A DNA stretch of 64,000 nt from Gemmatimonadaceae bacterium (GTDB lineage: Bacteria; Gemmatimonadota; Gemmatimonadetes; Gemmatimonadales; Gemmatimonadaceae): NCBI GenBank assembly GCA_045803545.1, contig JBJMOW010000005.1, positions 1,216,001-1,280,000 on the forward strand. Reading direction: 5' to 3'. Both the position numbers and the translations under genes were made by a program. Position 1 is the stretch's first letter; each line of letters opens with the position of its first letter. The notes below the pieces were generated by a model that saw only the letters and a list, made by a program, of their open reading frames with translations, searched no databases and had not been told where the DNA came from. Below are positions 36,949 through 47,450 of the stretch, piece after piece.

Positions 36949-38682
36949 ATGGCGAACCAACTTCCCGTTCTGACAGTCAGCATGCGCAGCGCCTTGGCGA
37001 CTCTTACGCTAGCGGCGTTGGTCGCGACCGGCTGCAAGGAAAGCAACACCGCTCAGGCCAAGCCTGAAAACCCACAGACGTGGGCGCCGGAGCGGCTCAG
37101 CTCTGTGAACGGAGTCCCTGCCGCCGAGATCGAAGCGAAAATGAAGGAAAAGCTCAATGGCGCGAAGCCGGCAAAGCTCGACGACGATCAATGGGGGCAC
37201 ACGAAGAGGCTTTATCAGCTGTATGGGGCGAACCCACTCTGGCTGTCGTCCGACGGGTTGCATAAGACTCGGACCAAGGCGCTCACAGATGCAATCCTGG
37301 CCGCGAACAACGACGGCATGCGCATGGAAGACTATCCGATCGGTCCCCTCGCCCAGGCCATCGCCACCCTAAAGCAGACGAAGACTCCGACGGCAGACCA
37401 GCTGGCGGCCGCGGACGTCCTACTCACGGCTTCGTACGTTGCGCTCGGTGAAGATTTGATCACCGGACAGATCGATCCGCGGACGGTGGCGCAGGCTTGG
37501 CACGTAGACCCTGAAGAAGAGAATGTCGACAGCGCGTTGGTGAGGAACCTTCGCTATGAACATCTCGACCGCGCGTTGGCCACCATGCGTCCGACCGACG
37601 ACGACTACTCCGGTTTGAGCAAGGAACTGCAGCGGTGGCGCGTTATCGTAGCAAAGGGCGGTTGGCAGCCGGTCCCCGCGCCCAGCGGAAACGTGAAACC
37701 GGGTTCGACGACGAGCCCGGCGGTCTTGAGCGCGCTCCGCGCCAGACTCGCTGCCGAGGGTTTCACCGTCCCGGCCGACAGCGCCCAGCCAGGTCCCGCG
37801 ACCAGTTCCACGACGTACGACCGCGGCCTCGCCGGAGCGGTAGCCGAGTTCCAGACGCGACATTCGATCAATGTCGATAGTGCGCTCGGCAAAGAAACGA
37901 TCGAAGCGCTCAACGTTCCGGCGAGTTACCGTCTCGCGGAGATCGCGGCCAACATGGAGCGGTATCGCTGGCTGCCCAGGAGCTTTGGAAGCAGGTACAT
38001 CTTCGTCAACGTCCCCGCGTTCCACCTCGAGGCGTACGACAGCGGGCAGAAAGTGCTGGAGATGAAGGTGATCGTTGGCCAGGAGTACGAGGACAAGGCG
38101 ACTCCGGTTTTCGCCGACTCGATGGAGACAGTCGTGTTTCGACCGTATTGGAACGTACCGCCGACAATTGCAGCGAAGGAGATTTTTCCGAAGGGCGAGG
38201 CTTACATGGCAAGCAACAACATGGAGGTCTACAACGACGGTGGGCAGCGAGCGGTGCGCCAGCGCCCCGGTCCGAAGAACGCGCTTGGCTTCGTCAAGTT
38301 TCTGTTTCCCAACGACTTCAATATCTACCTGCACGACACGCCCAATCACGAGCTGTTCAACAAGGATGTGCGTGCGTTCAGTCACGGATGTATTCGCCTG
38401 GAAAAACCGGCGGAGCTGGCGCAGTGGGTCCTGGGATGGCCGGCGGACAAAGTGGAGCAGTCGATGCGCGATGGCCCGGACAACCGTGCGGTCAAGATTC
38501 CGCACAAGATTCCCGTTTACATCACGTATTTCACGACATTCATCAACAACGGGCAATTGTATTTCGGCAATGACCTTTACAACCGGGACGACAAGCTCGT
38601 GCCGCAGGTGATGTCGGGAGCAATGCCAAGCAAAGAAGTTGTGGACGCGGTTCAGGCGTTGCGCAGAATCGCCAACGCCTAG
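36949..38682 (+). CDS. YcbB/LdtD-type L,D-transpeptidase lipoprotein
   Basis: Lipobox ATGC; PG-binding region; NMERYRW, VNVPAF, NALGFVKFLFPN, YLHDTP, SHGCIRL. Confidence 0.92.
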   Translation: MANQLPVLTVSMRSALATLTLAALVATGCKESNTAQAKPENPQTWAPERLSSVNGVPAAEIEAKMKEKLNGAKPAKLDDDQWGHTKRLYQLYGANPLWLSSDGLHKTRTKALTDAILAANNDGMRMEDYPIGPLAQAIATLKQTKTPTADQLAAADVLLTASYVALGEDLITGQIDPRTVAQAWHVDPEEENVDSALVRNLRYEHLDRALATMRPTDDDYSGLSKELQRWRVIVAKGGWQPVPAPSGNVKPGSTTSPAVLSALRARLAAEGFTVPADSAQPGPATSSTTYDRGLAGAVAEFQTRHSINVDSALGKETIEALNVPASYRLAEIAANMERYRWLPRSFGSRYIFVNVPAFHLEAYDSGQKVLEMKVIVGQEYEDKATPVFADSMETVVFRPYWNVPPTIAAKEIFPKGEAYMASNNMEVYNDGGQRAVRQRPGPKNALGFVKFLFPNDFNIYLHDTPNHELFNKDVRAFSHGCIRLEKPAELAQWVLGWPADKVEQSMRDGPDNRAVKIPHKIPVYITYFTTFINNGQLYFGNDLYNRDDKLVPQVMSGAMPSKEVVDAVQALRRIANA

Positions 38683-38692
38683 CCGGTCACAA

Positions 38693-38744
38693 GAGCTGCT
38701 ATCAGGCTAACAGCACGGGTAGCTCGTCGTGAAGTTCGCAGTCC
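38693..38744. repeat. Fragment of palindromic family B (reverse orientation)
   Basis: Reverse complement reads ggactgcgaac...gagctacccgtgctgttagcctgatagcagctc, resembling 16529-16576 and 32592-32622. Confidence 0.5.
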
Positions 38745-38746
38745 GG

Positions 38747-39856
38747 TTAGATCCGCTGCGGAGTCGGTTCGATCCGCCGGCCAGTCTCAGCATCAAATAG
38801 ATGGACGCCCTCGGGCCGGATGTCGATCGATACAGTATCGCCCGGTTTGATCATGGCTTCCGGCGGTGCGATGGCGACGAGTTTATCGCCGCCTGACAAC
38901 GTCACGTAGACTATTTGCTCGTTGCCCATTGGCTCGACGACGCCAACTTCGCCGCGCGGGCGATTCTCGCCGTTGGTGCTCACCTCGATGTGCTGCGGGC
39001 GGACGCCGAGAAATACACGACCGCGGCGATCGCCGTCGCAGGGTACGTCGATGGTGAGATCGATTCCCTTGAAAGTGCACAAACCGGTGGTTGCGACGGC
39101 GGCATCTGAGCGTTGGATCACGCCTTCGATGAAGTTCATCGCCGGGCTGCCAATGAAACCGGCGACGAATTTGTTCGCGGGCCGTCGATACAATTCCATC
39201 GGTGTGTCGACTTGTTGCAGAACCCCTTCCTTGAGCACGGCGATGCGATCGCCCAAGGTCAGGGCCTCCGACTGATCGTGGGTGACGTACACCATCGTTG
39301 CGCCGAGCTTGCGGTGCAGGCGCGCCAGCTCTACCCGGGTCTCGACGCGTAGCTGGGCGTCAAGATTGGAAAGTGGCTCGTCGAACAGGAAGGCGAGCGG
39401 CTCGCGCACGATCGCGCGACCGAGTGCCACGCGCTGACGCTGTCCACCGGAGAGCTGGGCAGGCTTGCGATCGAGCAGTGCATCCAGGCCGAGTGATGCC
39501 GCGACCGCGTTCACTCGTTGATCGATTACCTCTCGAGGCTGTTTTCTGATCGCGAGGCCGAATGCGAGATTGTCGCGCACGGTCATGTGCGGGTAAAGCG
39601 CGTAGTTCTGGAACACCATGGCGATATCGCGCTGCTGCGGGGGCAGGTCCGTCACATCGCGATCGCCGATGCGGATTACGCCGTCAGTGACCCGCTCGAG
39701 ACCCGCCATCAGCCGCAGCACCGTCGACTTACCGCTGCCCGATGGACCGACGAGAACGAGCAGCTCGCCGTCGCGCACTTCGAGACTTAGATCGCGCGCT
39801 GCGACGTACCCGTTCGGGTAGACCTTGTCGATTTTCTCTAGAGTGATCCGCGCCAT
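38747..39856 (-). CDS. Carbohydrate ABC transporter ATPase (MalK/UgpC-like)
   Basis: GPSGSGKS, VFQNYALYPHM, LSGGQRQR, DEPLSNLD, TOBE tail. Confidence 0.95.
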   Translation of the reverse strand: MARITLEKIDKVYPNGYVAARDLSLEVRDGELLVLVGPSGSGKSTVLRLMAGLERVTDGVIRIGDRDVTDLPPQQRDIAMVFQNYALYPHMTVRDNLAFGLAIRKQPREVIDQRVNAVAASLGLDALLDRKPAQLSGGQRQRVALGRAIVREPLAFLFDEPLSNLDAQLRVETRVELARLHRKLGATMVYVTHDQSEALTLGDRIAVLKEGVLQQVDTPMELYRRPANKFVAGFIGSPAMNFIEGVIQRSDAAVATTGLCTFKGIDLTIDVPCDGDRRGRVFLGVRPQHIEVSTNGENRPRGEVGVVEPMGNEQIVYVTLSGGDKLVAIAPPEAMIKPGDTVSIDIRPEGVHLFDAETGRRIEPTPQRI

Positions 39857-39905
39857 AATGTACGAGGTGTGTTTACTTCATTGAGGCTAAGTGTATAGTG
39901 GCCGC

Positions 39906-40781
39906 TCATCCCTTAACCGCTCCCGCAGTTAGTCCTTGCACGATTCTCCGCTGGAAAACCAAAACGAGTCCGGCAACCGGCGCCGTGGCAACAACTGCCG
40001 CGGCGAGAATCTCACCCCACGGCACCTGATACTGCCCGCGGAATAGCGCGATCGCCACCGGCACTGTTTGCCGCTCGGGGCCGAGCGTGAAAGACAATGC
40101 GAAGAGAAACTCGTTCCAGCAGTAGATGAAGGTAAGAATGCCGGTCGTCGCCAGGCTGGGGACAGCGAGGGGCAAAAGGATCTTGGTAAAGCTCTGGCGA
40201 CGCGAAGCGCCATCGACGTGCGCTGCTTCCTCGAGATCCTTTGGTATTTGTCTGATCGAGCCAGTGAGCACCCACACCGTCAAGGGCATCGCAAACGTCA
40301 TGTACGGCATGATCAAGCCGGGATAGGTGTCGATCAAATGCAGTGAACGCAGCAACAGATAGAGCGGGCTCACGATCGAGATCTGTGGGAACATCGTCAC
40401 GGCGAGAATGAACGCCATGATCGGCGCCTTGCCGCGAAATTCGATCCGGGCGAGGGCATAGGCAGCGAGAGTGCCGACGACGAGACAGAACAGCGTCGTG
40501 GTGCCGGCGACGACGAGCGAGTTGCGGATCGGCGTGATGAAATCGCGATCGGTGAACAGGGCGCGATAGTGATCGAAGATCGCCTGCGTCGGGATGAGCG
40601 ACGGATTCCGGAACAGCGCAGCGTCCGAAGTAAATGACGCGACGATCGCCCAATAGAACGGAAACAGCGTGAAGATCATCAGCAGCACGAGCGCTGCAGC
40701 GAAGATCCATGTCCCCCACTTTACCGGCGCGGGCCGTCGGGGTGTCGTGCCTCCCACCTCCCCGCTCACGACTCCCGCCAT
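39906..40781 (-). CDS. Carbohydrate ABC transporter permease (MalG-like)
   Basis: EAA loop LEEAAHVDGAS; WNEFLFA. Start ATG 40781 overlaps the stop of the upstream permease. Confidence 0.93.
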   Translation of the reverse strand: MAGVVSGEVGGTTPRRPAPVKWGTWIFAAALVLLMIFTLFPFYWAIVASFTSDAALFRNPSLIPTQAIFDHYRALFTDRDFITPIRNSLVVAGTTTLFCLVVGTLAAYALARIEFRGKAPIMAFILAVTMFPQISIVSPLYLLLRSLHLIDTYPGLIMPYMTFAMPLTVWVLTGSIRQIPKDLEEAAHVDGASRRQSFTKILLPLAVPSLATTGILTFIYCWNEFLFALSFTLGPERQTVPVAIALFRGQYQVPWGEILAAAVVATAPVAGLVLVFQRRIVQGLTAGAVKG

Positions 40782-41683
40782 CACTCCTCCCCTCCCAGCC
40801 GAACACCGAGGCCGCGCACGTAGAACAGCGCCAGCGCGAAGGTGATGGCGAAGATGACGACCGACAACGCCGAGCCGTAGCCGAATCGGAGGTTCTGGAG
40901 CAGGGCGTTGAACGTGTACAGCGCGACCGGCTCCGTCGATGTGCCCGGTCCGCCTCCGGTCAGCACATAGATCAGATCGAAGACTCGAAATCCGTCGAGG
41001 GTGCGGAAAATCAGCGTCACCAGGATCGCCGGCTTGAGCAGTGGCAATGTGATGTGTCGCAACTGCCACCACCCATTTGCCCCATCAACTGCGGCCGCCT
41101 CGTAGAGGCTCAGGTCGATGTTCTGCAGTCCAGCCAGCAACAGCAGCGCGACGAATGGCGTCGTCTTCCAGACATCGGCGAGGATGACCGGTACCCACGC
41201 CGTTTTCGCTTCGATGAACCAGACCATCGGCTCCTTGAGCATGCCGAGGTTCACCAGCATCGCGTTGAGGATTCCACCCTGCGATTCGAAGATGAATCGC
41301 CACAGCAACGCGGCCACCACAGTCGGAATCGCCCACGGTACCAGGACCGCGGCGCGCACGAACCCCCGGCCGCGAAATACCCGATTCATGGCGAGCGCCA
41401 GGAACAAGCCGATCACGAGCTCGAGCGAGATCGACACCACCGTAAAGAACGCCGTATGGCCGAGCGCCGCCCAAAAACGCGGATCCTTTGCAATCTCAGC
41501 GTAGTTTGCCAGACCGATGAACGGCTTCCCGAGCCACGGCATCCGCAGCTCGTGCAGATGCAACGACTCCCAGAACGTCCAGCCCAGCGGGAAAATCGCG
41601 ATCAGCGCAATAACACCGAGCGCGGGCGCGACCAGAGCCCAGCCGAGTTTGGCTTCGGCGCCGAGCCGGGAGATTTTTCTCAC
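40781..41683 (-). CDS. Carbohydrate ABC transporter permease (MalF-like)
   Basis: VPWAIP, DVWKTTPF, LYEAAAVDGA, TGGGPG. Confidence 0.93.
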   Translation of the reverse strand: MRKISRLGAEAKLGWALVAPALGVIALIAIFPLGWTFWESLHLHELRMPWLGKPFIGLANYAEIAKDPRFWAALGHTAFFTVVSISLELVIGLFLALAMNRVFRGRGFVRAAVLVPWAIPTVVAALLWRFIFESQGGILNAMLVNLGMLKEPMVWFIEAKTAWVPVILADVWKTTPFVALLLLAGLQNIDLSLYEAAAVDGANGWWQLRHITLPLLKPAILVTLIFRTLDGFRVFDLIYVLTGGGPGTSTEPVALYTFNALLQNLRFGYGSALSVVIFAITFALALFYVRGLGVRLGGEE

Positions 41684-42987
41684 AATGCGCCGCGCATCAG
41701 TTTGCGCATTCCCGTTCGCTCGATCAGCGTGTTGATCTGAGCCGCTGCTTCATCCAACGCCTGTTTCGGCTCCGCCTGCCGAACCAGCGCACGGTGCACC
41801 TGGATCTGCAGAATCTCCGACAGCTCATTGTAGATCGGTGTCACCGGCCTTGGCGTCGCGCTCTCGATCGCTCGGCGTGCGCTCTCGAGGGGGATGTTGA
41901 TGGCGGTCCGCAATCGCGCGTCATCATAAAGTCCCGAACGGGTTGGGTATTGGCCGACCGCCTGCGCGCGCTCCAGCATCTGTTCGGGCGCGGTGAGGTA
42001 CGCGATCAACTTGTAGGCGGCGTCGGGGAATTCGGTGTAGGCGTTGATGGCGAGTTGTGCGCCACCGAGGGCAGCGGTGGAATGACCGTTCGGCGCGGTC
42101 GCCGATTTTGGCATCGGTGAGACCGCGAATTTGCCCAGGACTTTGGATTGGGCAGTGTCACTCATCGCGCCAACCGCGTAGGGCCAGTTGCGCATGAAGA
42201 CAGCGTTCGCGTTTTCAAATGCGAACCGCGCCTCCTCTTCATGCCAGGTGAGGACGTCGAGCGGGGCGACGTTCCACTTGTACAGCTCGTCGCGCATGAA
42301 CTCGAGCGCGCGCACAGCCTCAGGCCGGTTGACGACCACCTCTCCACTGTCGTCGATGATTCTTCCACCAAACGCACCCAGGTATTCCACGAATCCCGTG
42401 ATCAAGCCTTCATAACGCGCGCCCTGGGAGACAAGTCCATAGCGCGGCCCACCACGCTGCGACTTGGCCCGCTCTGCGTCAGTGACAAGCTCCTCGAGCG
42501 TCTGAGGCTCACGCGGAACGAGATCGGTGCGGCGGTAGAGCAGTCCGACGTCTGCAAACCACGGAAGCGCGTAGAGCTTTCCTGCCCATGTGTTGGCGGC
42601 GATTGTCGCCGGAAAGAACTCGCTTTTGGCCGGGCCATACTTTTCGAGCGGAAACACCCAACCGGCTGCGGCGAACTCCGGCGTCCAAACGACATCCAGT
42701 TGCAGGATGGACGGATTTCCAACGCGCGCATTGAGCCACTGGACGTACAGCTGATGGCGTTGCGACGCATCATCGGGCGTCCGTTGCAGCTCGACGCGGA
42801 TACCGGGATTGAGCTGCGTGAATCGTTTGAGCTGCTTCGCGACGAGCGTTCCCTCTGCTCCGAGCGCCGACCCCGAGAAGGTGAGAACCGTCTCGTGTTT
42901 TGTCGAGCTGGACGAGCAGGCGGCGACCGTCGCGCAGGCGAGCAGAGCCAGCGCCATGCGCATCGCGATCGTGACCCGTGCGGGCAA
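41680..42987 (-). CDS. Sugar ABC substrate-binding lipoprotein (trehalose/maltose-binding-like)
   Basis: Lipobox VAAC; LDVVWTPEFA, QGARYEGL, FMRNWPYA, LGG, PRPVTP.Y. Confidence 0.9.
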   Translation of the reverse strand: MPARVTIAMRMALALLACATVAACSSSSTKHETVLTFSGSALGAEGTLVAKQLKRFTQLNPGIRVELQRTPDDASQRHQLYVQWLNARVGNPSILQLDVVWTPEFAAAGWVFPLEKYGPAKSEFFPATIAANTWAGKLYALPWFADVGLLYRRTDLVPREPQTLEELVTDAERAKSQRGGPRYGLVSQGARYEGLITGFVEYLGAFGGRIIDDSGEVVVNRPEAVRALEFMRDELYKWNVAPLDVLTWHEEEARFAFENANAVFMRNWPYAVGAMSDTAQSKVLGKFAVSPMPKSATAPNGHSTAALGGAQLAINAYTEFPDAAYKLIAYLTAPEQMLERAQAVGQYPTRSGLYDDARLRTAINIPLESARRAIESATPRPVTPIYNELSEILQIQVHRALVRQAEPKQALDEAAAQINTLIERTGMRKLMRGAL

Positions 42988-42994
42988 CGGGTTC

Positions 42995-45544
42995 CTAGAA
43001 CGGGTAGTGAAGCCGGGTGAGCATGAACTGCACAGCGAGATCAGTCACGTTCCACAGCTGGACATCGGTGCTCGCGCCATACCTGATGGGGCGCAGGCGG
43101 CCACCCTCGATCTCATAGCTCCACAATTCGTTGTGTTTTAGACCTGAACTGTCGACAGCCGAATAGACCTGCATCAACGCTCCCTTCATCTCATCAACAA
43201 AAAAGGTGACGTCTCCGTCCCCCGTGCCCTTTCTGGCCTCTCCCTGAGGGTCGGTGGCGCCGTTGATCTGATTGGTGAGTCCCAAAAGAATCAGATTCAC
43301 CTCTCTGCCCCACACCACGTGTGGAGAATGATAGGTGTCCTGCTTGAACGCCTCCCAAACCGAGTGCGGAGCATATGCATCGTTGGCGACAACCGGACCG
43401 AGCCGGTCGATAAACAACCCTACCGGATAGGGTCTCCTGATCGCCGCTACATCGCGCCGCACCGCCGCCAAAGCATCGGGACTGATGTCGCTGGCATCGC
43501 GCAGCAGAAGCCACGTTGCGGGATCAGTATTGACTACCTGAATCGGTATCCCCGCCGAATCGAGGGAGATGGCGAGGAACTTCAGCGCGGCGCTATCAGC
43601 ACGAGTTTTCGCTAATACATCGCCCCAGTAGGCGCGCTCGTCGGCCGGCAGCCACGCCAACTTCTGCTGAACCGCAGGACGGATTTGTTCGGGCGTGAGC
43701 GTCACCACGAAGTGGTTGACCGCGCCACTCCAGTTTTGAATCGCGCGACCGAGCGAGCTCGAGTCGCGCATGAAGTCGGTGAGCACGCTCCCGCCAAAAC
43801 CGCCGGGCAGGCGGGTCGACAGCTGCTGCGATGTGAAGCCGACGGTTCGCAGCGCCGCAAAAATCTCTGAGATCGAACGGAGCGCCTGCGGAACCCAGAT
43901 CGCATTGATGTCCATCGCGAAGCGGCCATTGGCATATCCGGCATTACTGTCGCGCCAACTGATCGATCGCCAATGGGTCGCATCAAGCCGCGGTGATGCG
44001 ATGAGATTCTGCACAACCGGCTCGCGCGCGTAAGGCGCTGCCAGCGTCGCAACAAGTCCGAGCTCTTTCAGCAGGAGATTGAGCCGTGGGCCTCTTCCGT
44101 CGGATGCGTCCATCAGGAACGCGCGCTTGCGCGCCGCTGTCACGGCCGGATTGGTGAGATAACGCGCGACGACGACAGGCAGCTGGAATTCATCGTCCCG
44201 CATGTGGTAGTTCTCACGCACGGTTTGCAGATTGCCAAGCAGTGCGCGGGCATTCCTTAGCGCGGTGTCGGCTGCGTTCGTGCTACGCCCGCGCAGTCGG
44301 AAATACTCGGCCATGTGCGCGTTGTATTCGGCGGAGTTCTCCCGGATCGCCTGTCCGCCAAGCGCTTCCTCGTGGCTGACGTCGCCCTCGGGCCCGAGCT
44401 TCCTCAGAGCGCTGGCGATGACGAACTCCGGCATGGCGTCGGTCCACACCGGCTGCATCATCAGCGACGTCATCATCATGTCGCGACCGAAATACGTTGC
44501 GTAGTTCGGCAAACCCGCCATCAGCTTTTGCTTGGAGCTCAGTAGTTCGGTACCCCTCACATCGCGCTCCAGCAGCCGGTAGCGCGAGACCGTTGCGGCA
44601 TCTCGTGCGACACGCGAATTCCTCGACACCTTGCCAGCGGCAACGCGAGCGTCATTCAGAAAGCGCAGGAACGGCGCGTTGAAGATCTGATCGCGTGAGA
44701 GCGGATCGAGCGCAGGCCCGTCGGTCGTAACGCGGACGGTGAGCCGGATCGAACGATTGGTGAGCGCGCGAATCTGAACGACGGGCAGGTTGACGACGAG
44801 CGACGCGTCTCGCGGATCCGGAAGAATCTCGAGCTGGAGGGTGTTCCTGCCATCGAGCGTCGTTTTCGTTGCGGTCACAGAGCGAGGGCCGAACGCACCG
44901 GTCGTGATGATGTCGGGCTCCAGTCGCGCACGCAGGTCAGACACGAAGCCGGCACCCACCATCCCAAGCTGTTTCTGTTTTTCCGCCGGGTCGAGCCGAT
45001 CCATGTTTGCGACGAGCTCTTCTTCCTCGCGTACGCGGAACGTCGGCCAATCGTAGCCTTCGAGCCCCCGCCCAGAATATCCGAGATCGCGTTCGACGCG
45101 CATCGATCCGAGGAGGATCCAGCCGATTTGTAACTGAGGGGAATTGGCGACGAGCTGATATTCAATGGTGCGATTGTCGCCGTTCTGCGAGACAACGGCG
45201 TCAGCGGACCCCCACTCGAGCCGAATGGGCTTTCCGCTGCCGTCGCGCACCGTGAAGCCGGCGCTTTCGTCGACAGCGTCGGCGAGCAGGTTCACGACTC
45301 GTCCGCTGCGCGCATCCAGGTATATCTGGACGACATTGCCCTTGGTGTCTCTATAGAATCGCGTCTGATAACCCTGATAGGCCGCGGGGTCATCGAGACC
45401 CGCCTCGGGGAATCCCAGGACGGGTTGTATGCGCGTCTGCGCCAGAACGGGCGCAGGGCAGAGTGAAACAATGGTCGCGGTAAAAAGGGCGGCGGCGGCC
45501 CCAAGGGGCGCCGACCGAGAGGCGGGACGGAGCATCTGCGGCAT
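42995..45544 (-). CDS. Secreted uncharacterised protein with a probable six-hairpin glycosidase domain
   Basis: Signal peptide ending VLA; YATYFGRD, SHEE, WRDS, DIN motifs resembling amylo-1,6-glucosidase-like (alpha/alpha)6 enzymes; first gene of the sugar ABC operon. Start uncertain (45535-45550). Confidence 0.65.
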   Translation of the reverse strand: MPQMLRPASRSAPLGAAAALFTATIVSLCPAPVLAQTRIQPVLGFPEAGLDDPAAYQGYQTRFYRDTKGNVVQIYLDARSGRVVNLLADAVDESAGFTVRDGSGKPIRLEWGSADAVVSQNGDNRTIEYQLVANSPQLQIGWILLGSMRVERDLGYSGRGLEGYDWPTFRVREEEELVANMDRLDPAEKQKQLGMVGAGFVSDLRARLEPDIITTGAFGPRSVTATKTTLDGRNTLQLEILPDPRDASLVVNLPVVQIRALTNRSIRLTVRVTTDGPALDPLSRDQIFNAPFLRFLNDARVAAGKVSRNSRVARDAATVSRYRLLERDVRGTELLSSKQKLMAGLPNYATYFGRDMMMTSLMMQPVWTDAMPEFVIASALRKLGPEGDVSHEEALGGQAIRENSAEYNAHMAEYFRLRGRSTNAADTALRNARALLGNLQTVRENYHMRDDEFQLPVVVARYLTNPAVTAARKRAFLMDASDGRGPRLNLLLKELGLVATLAAPYAREPVVQNLIASPRLDATHWRSISWRDSNAGYANGRFAMDINAIWVPQALRSISEIFAALRTVGFTSQQLSTRLPGGFGGSVLTDFMRDSSSLGRAIQNWSGAVNHFVVTLTPEQIRPAVQQKLAWLPADERAYWGDVLAKTRADSAALKFLAISLDSAGIPIQVVNTDPATWLLLRDASDISPDALAAVRRDVAAIRRPYPVGLFIDRLGPVVANDAYAPHSVWEAFKQDTYHSPHVVWGREVNLILLGLTNQINGATDPQGEARKGTGDGDVTFFVDEMKGALMQVYSAVDSSGLKHNELWSYEIEGGRLRPIRYGASTDVQLWNVTDLAVQFMLTRLHYPF

Positions 45545-45608
45545 CGGCAATAATGTGGCACTGAGAAGGCGCTTGCGTCGAGGATGGGCGGCCGCTTACG
45601 GTTGGACG

Positions 45609-47441
45609 ATGACTACCACATCCCCTGCGCGGGATCTGCTCGAGAAAGCGAGTTCGGTGGGCTCGCTCGACCTGGCCCTGGTTGGCAATGGCACTTTGAG
45701 CGCCCTGATCGACGAGAATGCGTCTGTCGTCTGGTGCTGCCTGCCGCGCCTCGACGGCGACCCGGTCTTCTGCTCTCTGCTCGGCGGCGGCGAGGTCGGA
45801 AGTCGTGCCGGCGAGTTTGGAATCAAACTGAGGAACCTCATCCGGCGCGAGCAGCAGTATCTCGCCGACACGCCGATACTCGTGACCAGACTCTACGATG
45901 CGTTCGGCGGCGCCATCGAGATTACCGATTTCTGTCCGCGGTACGAAGAAGACGATGCTTTGCGCGTTGCGTCGCTACTGGTGAGACAGATTCGCCCGCT
46001 CGCAGGACGCCCGCAAATCGTGGCGATGGTTACGCCAGCCGCGAATTACGGATGCGACGTACGATCGGCTAGAGCAGTCGACGGCACAATTGTCTATGAC
46101 GGCGAGCCTGCAGTTCGCCTGATCACCGACGCGCCGGTAAGTGCGGTGACCAACGCCGAACCCCTGGTGGTGGATCGAACCCTGACGTTCGTCATCGGCA
46201 GCGAGACGATCGATGGCGATGCGAGCGAGATGGGCGCGAGAATGCTGGAGAAGACCACCGCCTATTGGCGGCGATGGGCAGGCCAGCTGAGCACGCCGAG
46301 TCAATGGCGTGACGCTGTCGTGAGAGCTGCGATGACTCTCGAGCTACATGTCTACCAGAGTACCGGCGCCATCATCGCCGCCACAACGACGTCGATTCCC
46401 GAAGCGCCGAACAGCGGCCGGAACTGGGACTACCGCTACTGCTGGCCGCGCGATGCGTATTTCACGATTGACGCCCTTTGTCGAGTGGGCGATGTCCGCG
46501 CAATCGAGCGCTATCTGACGTTCCTCCTTGGCGTCGCGGAACAATCAAGCGAGTCTCGATTGGTTCCGATCTACGACATCGACGGCGGTCCAATTCCAAT
46601 CGAGCACGTCGCAGATTGTCTGCCGGGCTATCGCGGGATGGGCCCGGTGAGAATCGGCAACAAGGCGAGCGAGCAGAACCAGAACGATTTGTACGGTGAA
46701 GCCGTGCTCACCGCCGAGCCACTGTTCACCCAGCCGCGTGCAAACCGAAAAGGCGACGAGTCGCTGTTCGGCCGACTCGAACAATTCGGCGAGCATGCCG
46801 CCCGTCTCTACGATCAGCCCGACGCGGGATTGTGGGAGCTGCGCGGCACTGGGCGTGTGCACACGTTCTCCAGCGTGATGTGCTGGGTGGCTTGCGATCG
46901 TCTCGGACGCTACGCGGAAGCGCTCGAGCTCAAAGATCGCGCTGGATACTGGCGCGCGCACGCAGCGCGCATTCACGACGAGATCTCGCGCCGCTCATGG
47001 AATGCGAAGCTCAATGCCTTCACCGCGACAATGGATGGCGACTCACTCGATGCCAGCTTGCTGCTGATGCCGAGGCTCCGCTTCGTCGACGCAAGCGATC
47101 CGCGCTTCGCGGGAACTGTCGCCGCGATCGAGCGCGATCTCAGACACGGCGATTTCATCTATCGATATGTCGAGCGCGATGACTTCGGATATCCGGAGAA
47201 TTCATTCCTCGTCTGCACCTTCTGGTACATCGAGGCGCTAGCGCGGATGGGAGGCGAACGACGAGACGAAGCGCGAAGGCTTTACGAGAAAGTTCTGTCG
47301 GCGCGAAATCGTCACGGCCTGCTTGCCGAAGATCTCGATCCGCGGACGCTCGAGCTGTGGGGGAATTTCCCGCAGACCTACTGCATGTCGGGAATCATCG
47401 AGTGTGCGATCCGTCTCTCGGAGGATGTCGGCGCGTCCTGA
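45609..47441 (+). CDS. GH15 glycoside hydrolase (trehalase-like)
   Basis: AIIAATTTSIPE, RNWDYRYCWPRD, VRIGN, GLWELRG, GLLAED, WGNFPQ; N-terminal trehalase-like domain. Confidence 0.92.
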   Translation: MTTTSPARDLLEKASSVGSLDLALVGNGTLSALIDENASVVWCCLPRLDGDPVFCSLLGGGEVGSRAGEFGIKLRNLIRREQQYLADTPILVTRLYDAFGGAIEITDFCPRYEEDDALRVASLLVRQIRPLAGRPQIVAMVTPAANYGCDVRSARAVDGTIVYDGEPAVRLITDAPVSAVTNAEPLVVDRTLTFVIGSETIDGDASEMGARMLEKTTAYWRRWAGQLSTPSQWRDAVVRAAMTLELHVYQSTGAIIAATTTSIPEAPNSGRNWDYRYCWPRDAYFTIDALCRVGDVRAIERYLTFLLGVAEQSSESRLVPIYDIDGGPIPIEHVADCLPGYRGMGPVRIGNKASEQNQNDLYGEAVLTAEPLFTQPRANRKGDESLFGRLEQFGEHAARLYDQPDAGLWELRGTGRVHTFSSVMCWVACDRLGRYAEALELKDRAGYWRAHAARIHDEISRRSWNAKLNAFTATMDGDSLDASLLLMPRLRFVDASDPRFAGTVAAIERDLRHGDFIYRYVERDDFGYPENSFLVCTFWYIEALARMGGERRDEARRLYEKVLSARNRHGLLAEDLDPRTLELWGNFPQTYCMSGIIECAIRLSEDVGAS

Positions 47442-47450
47442 GATGAAACT

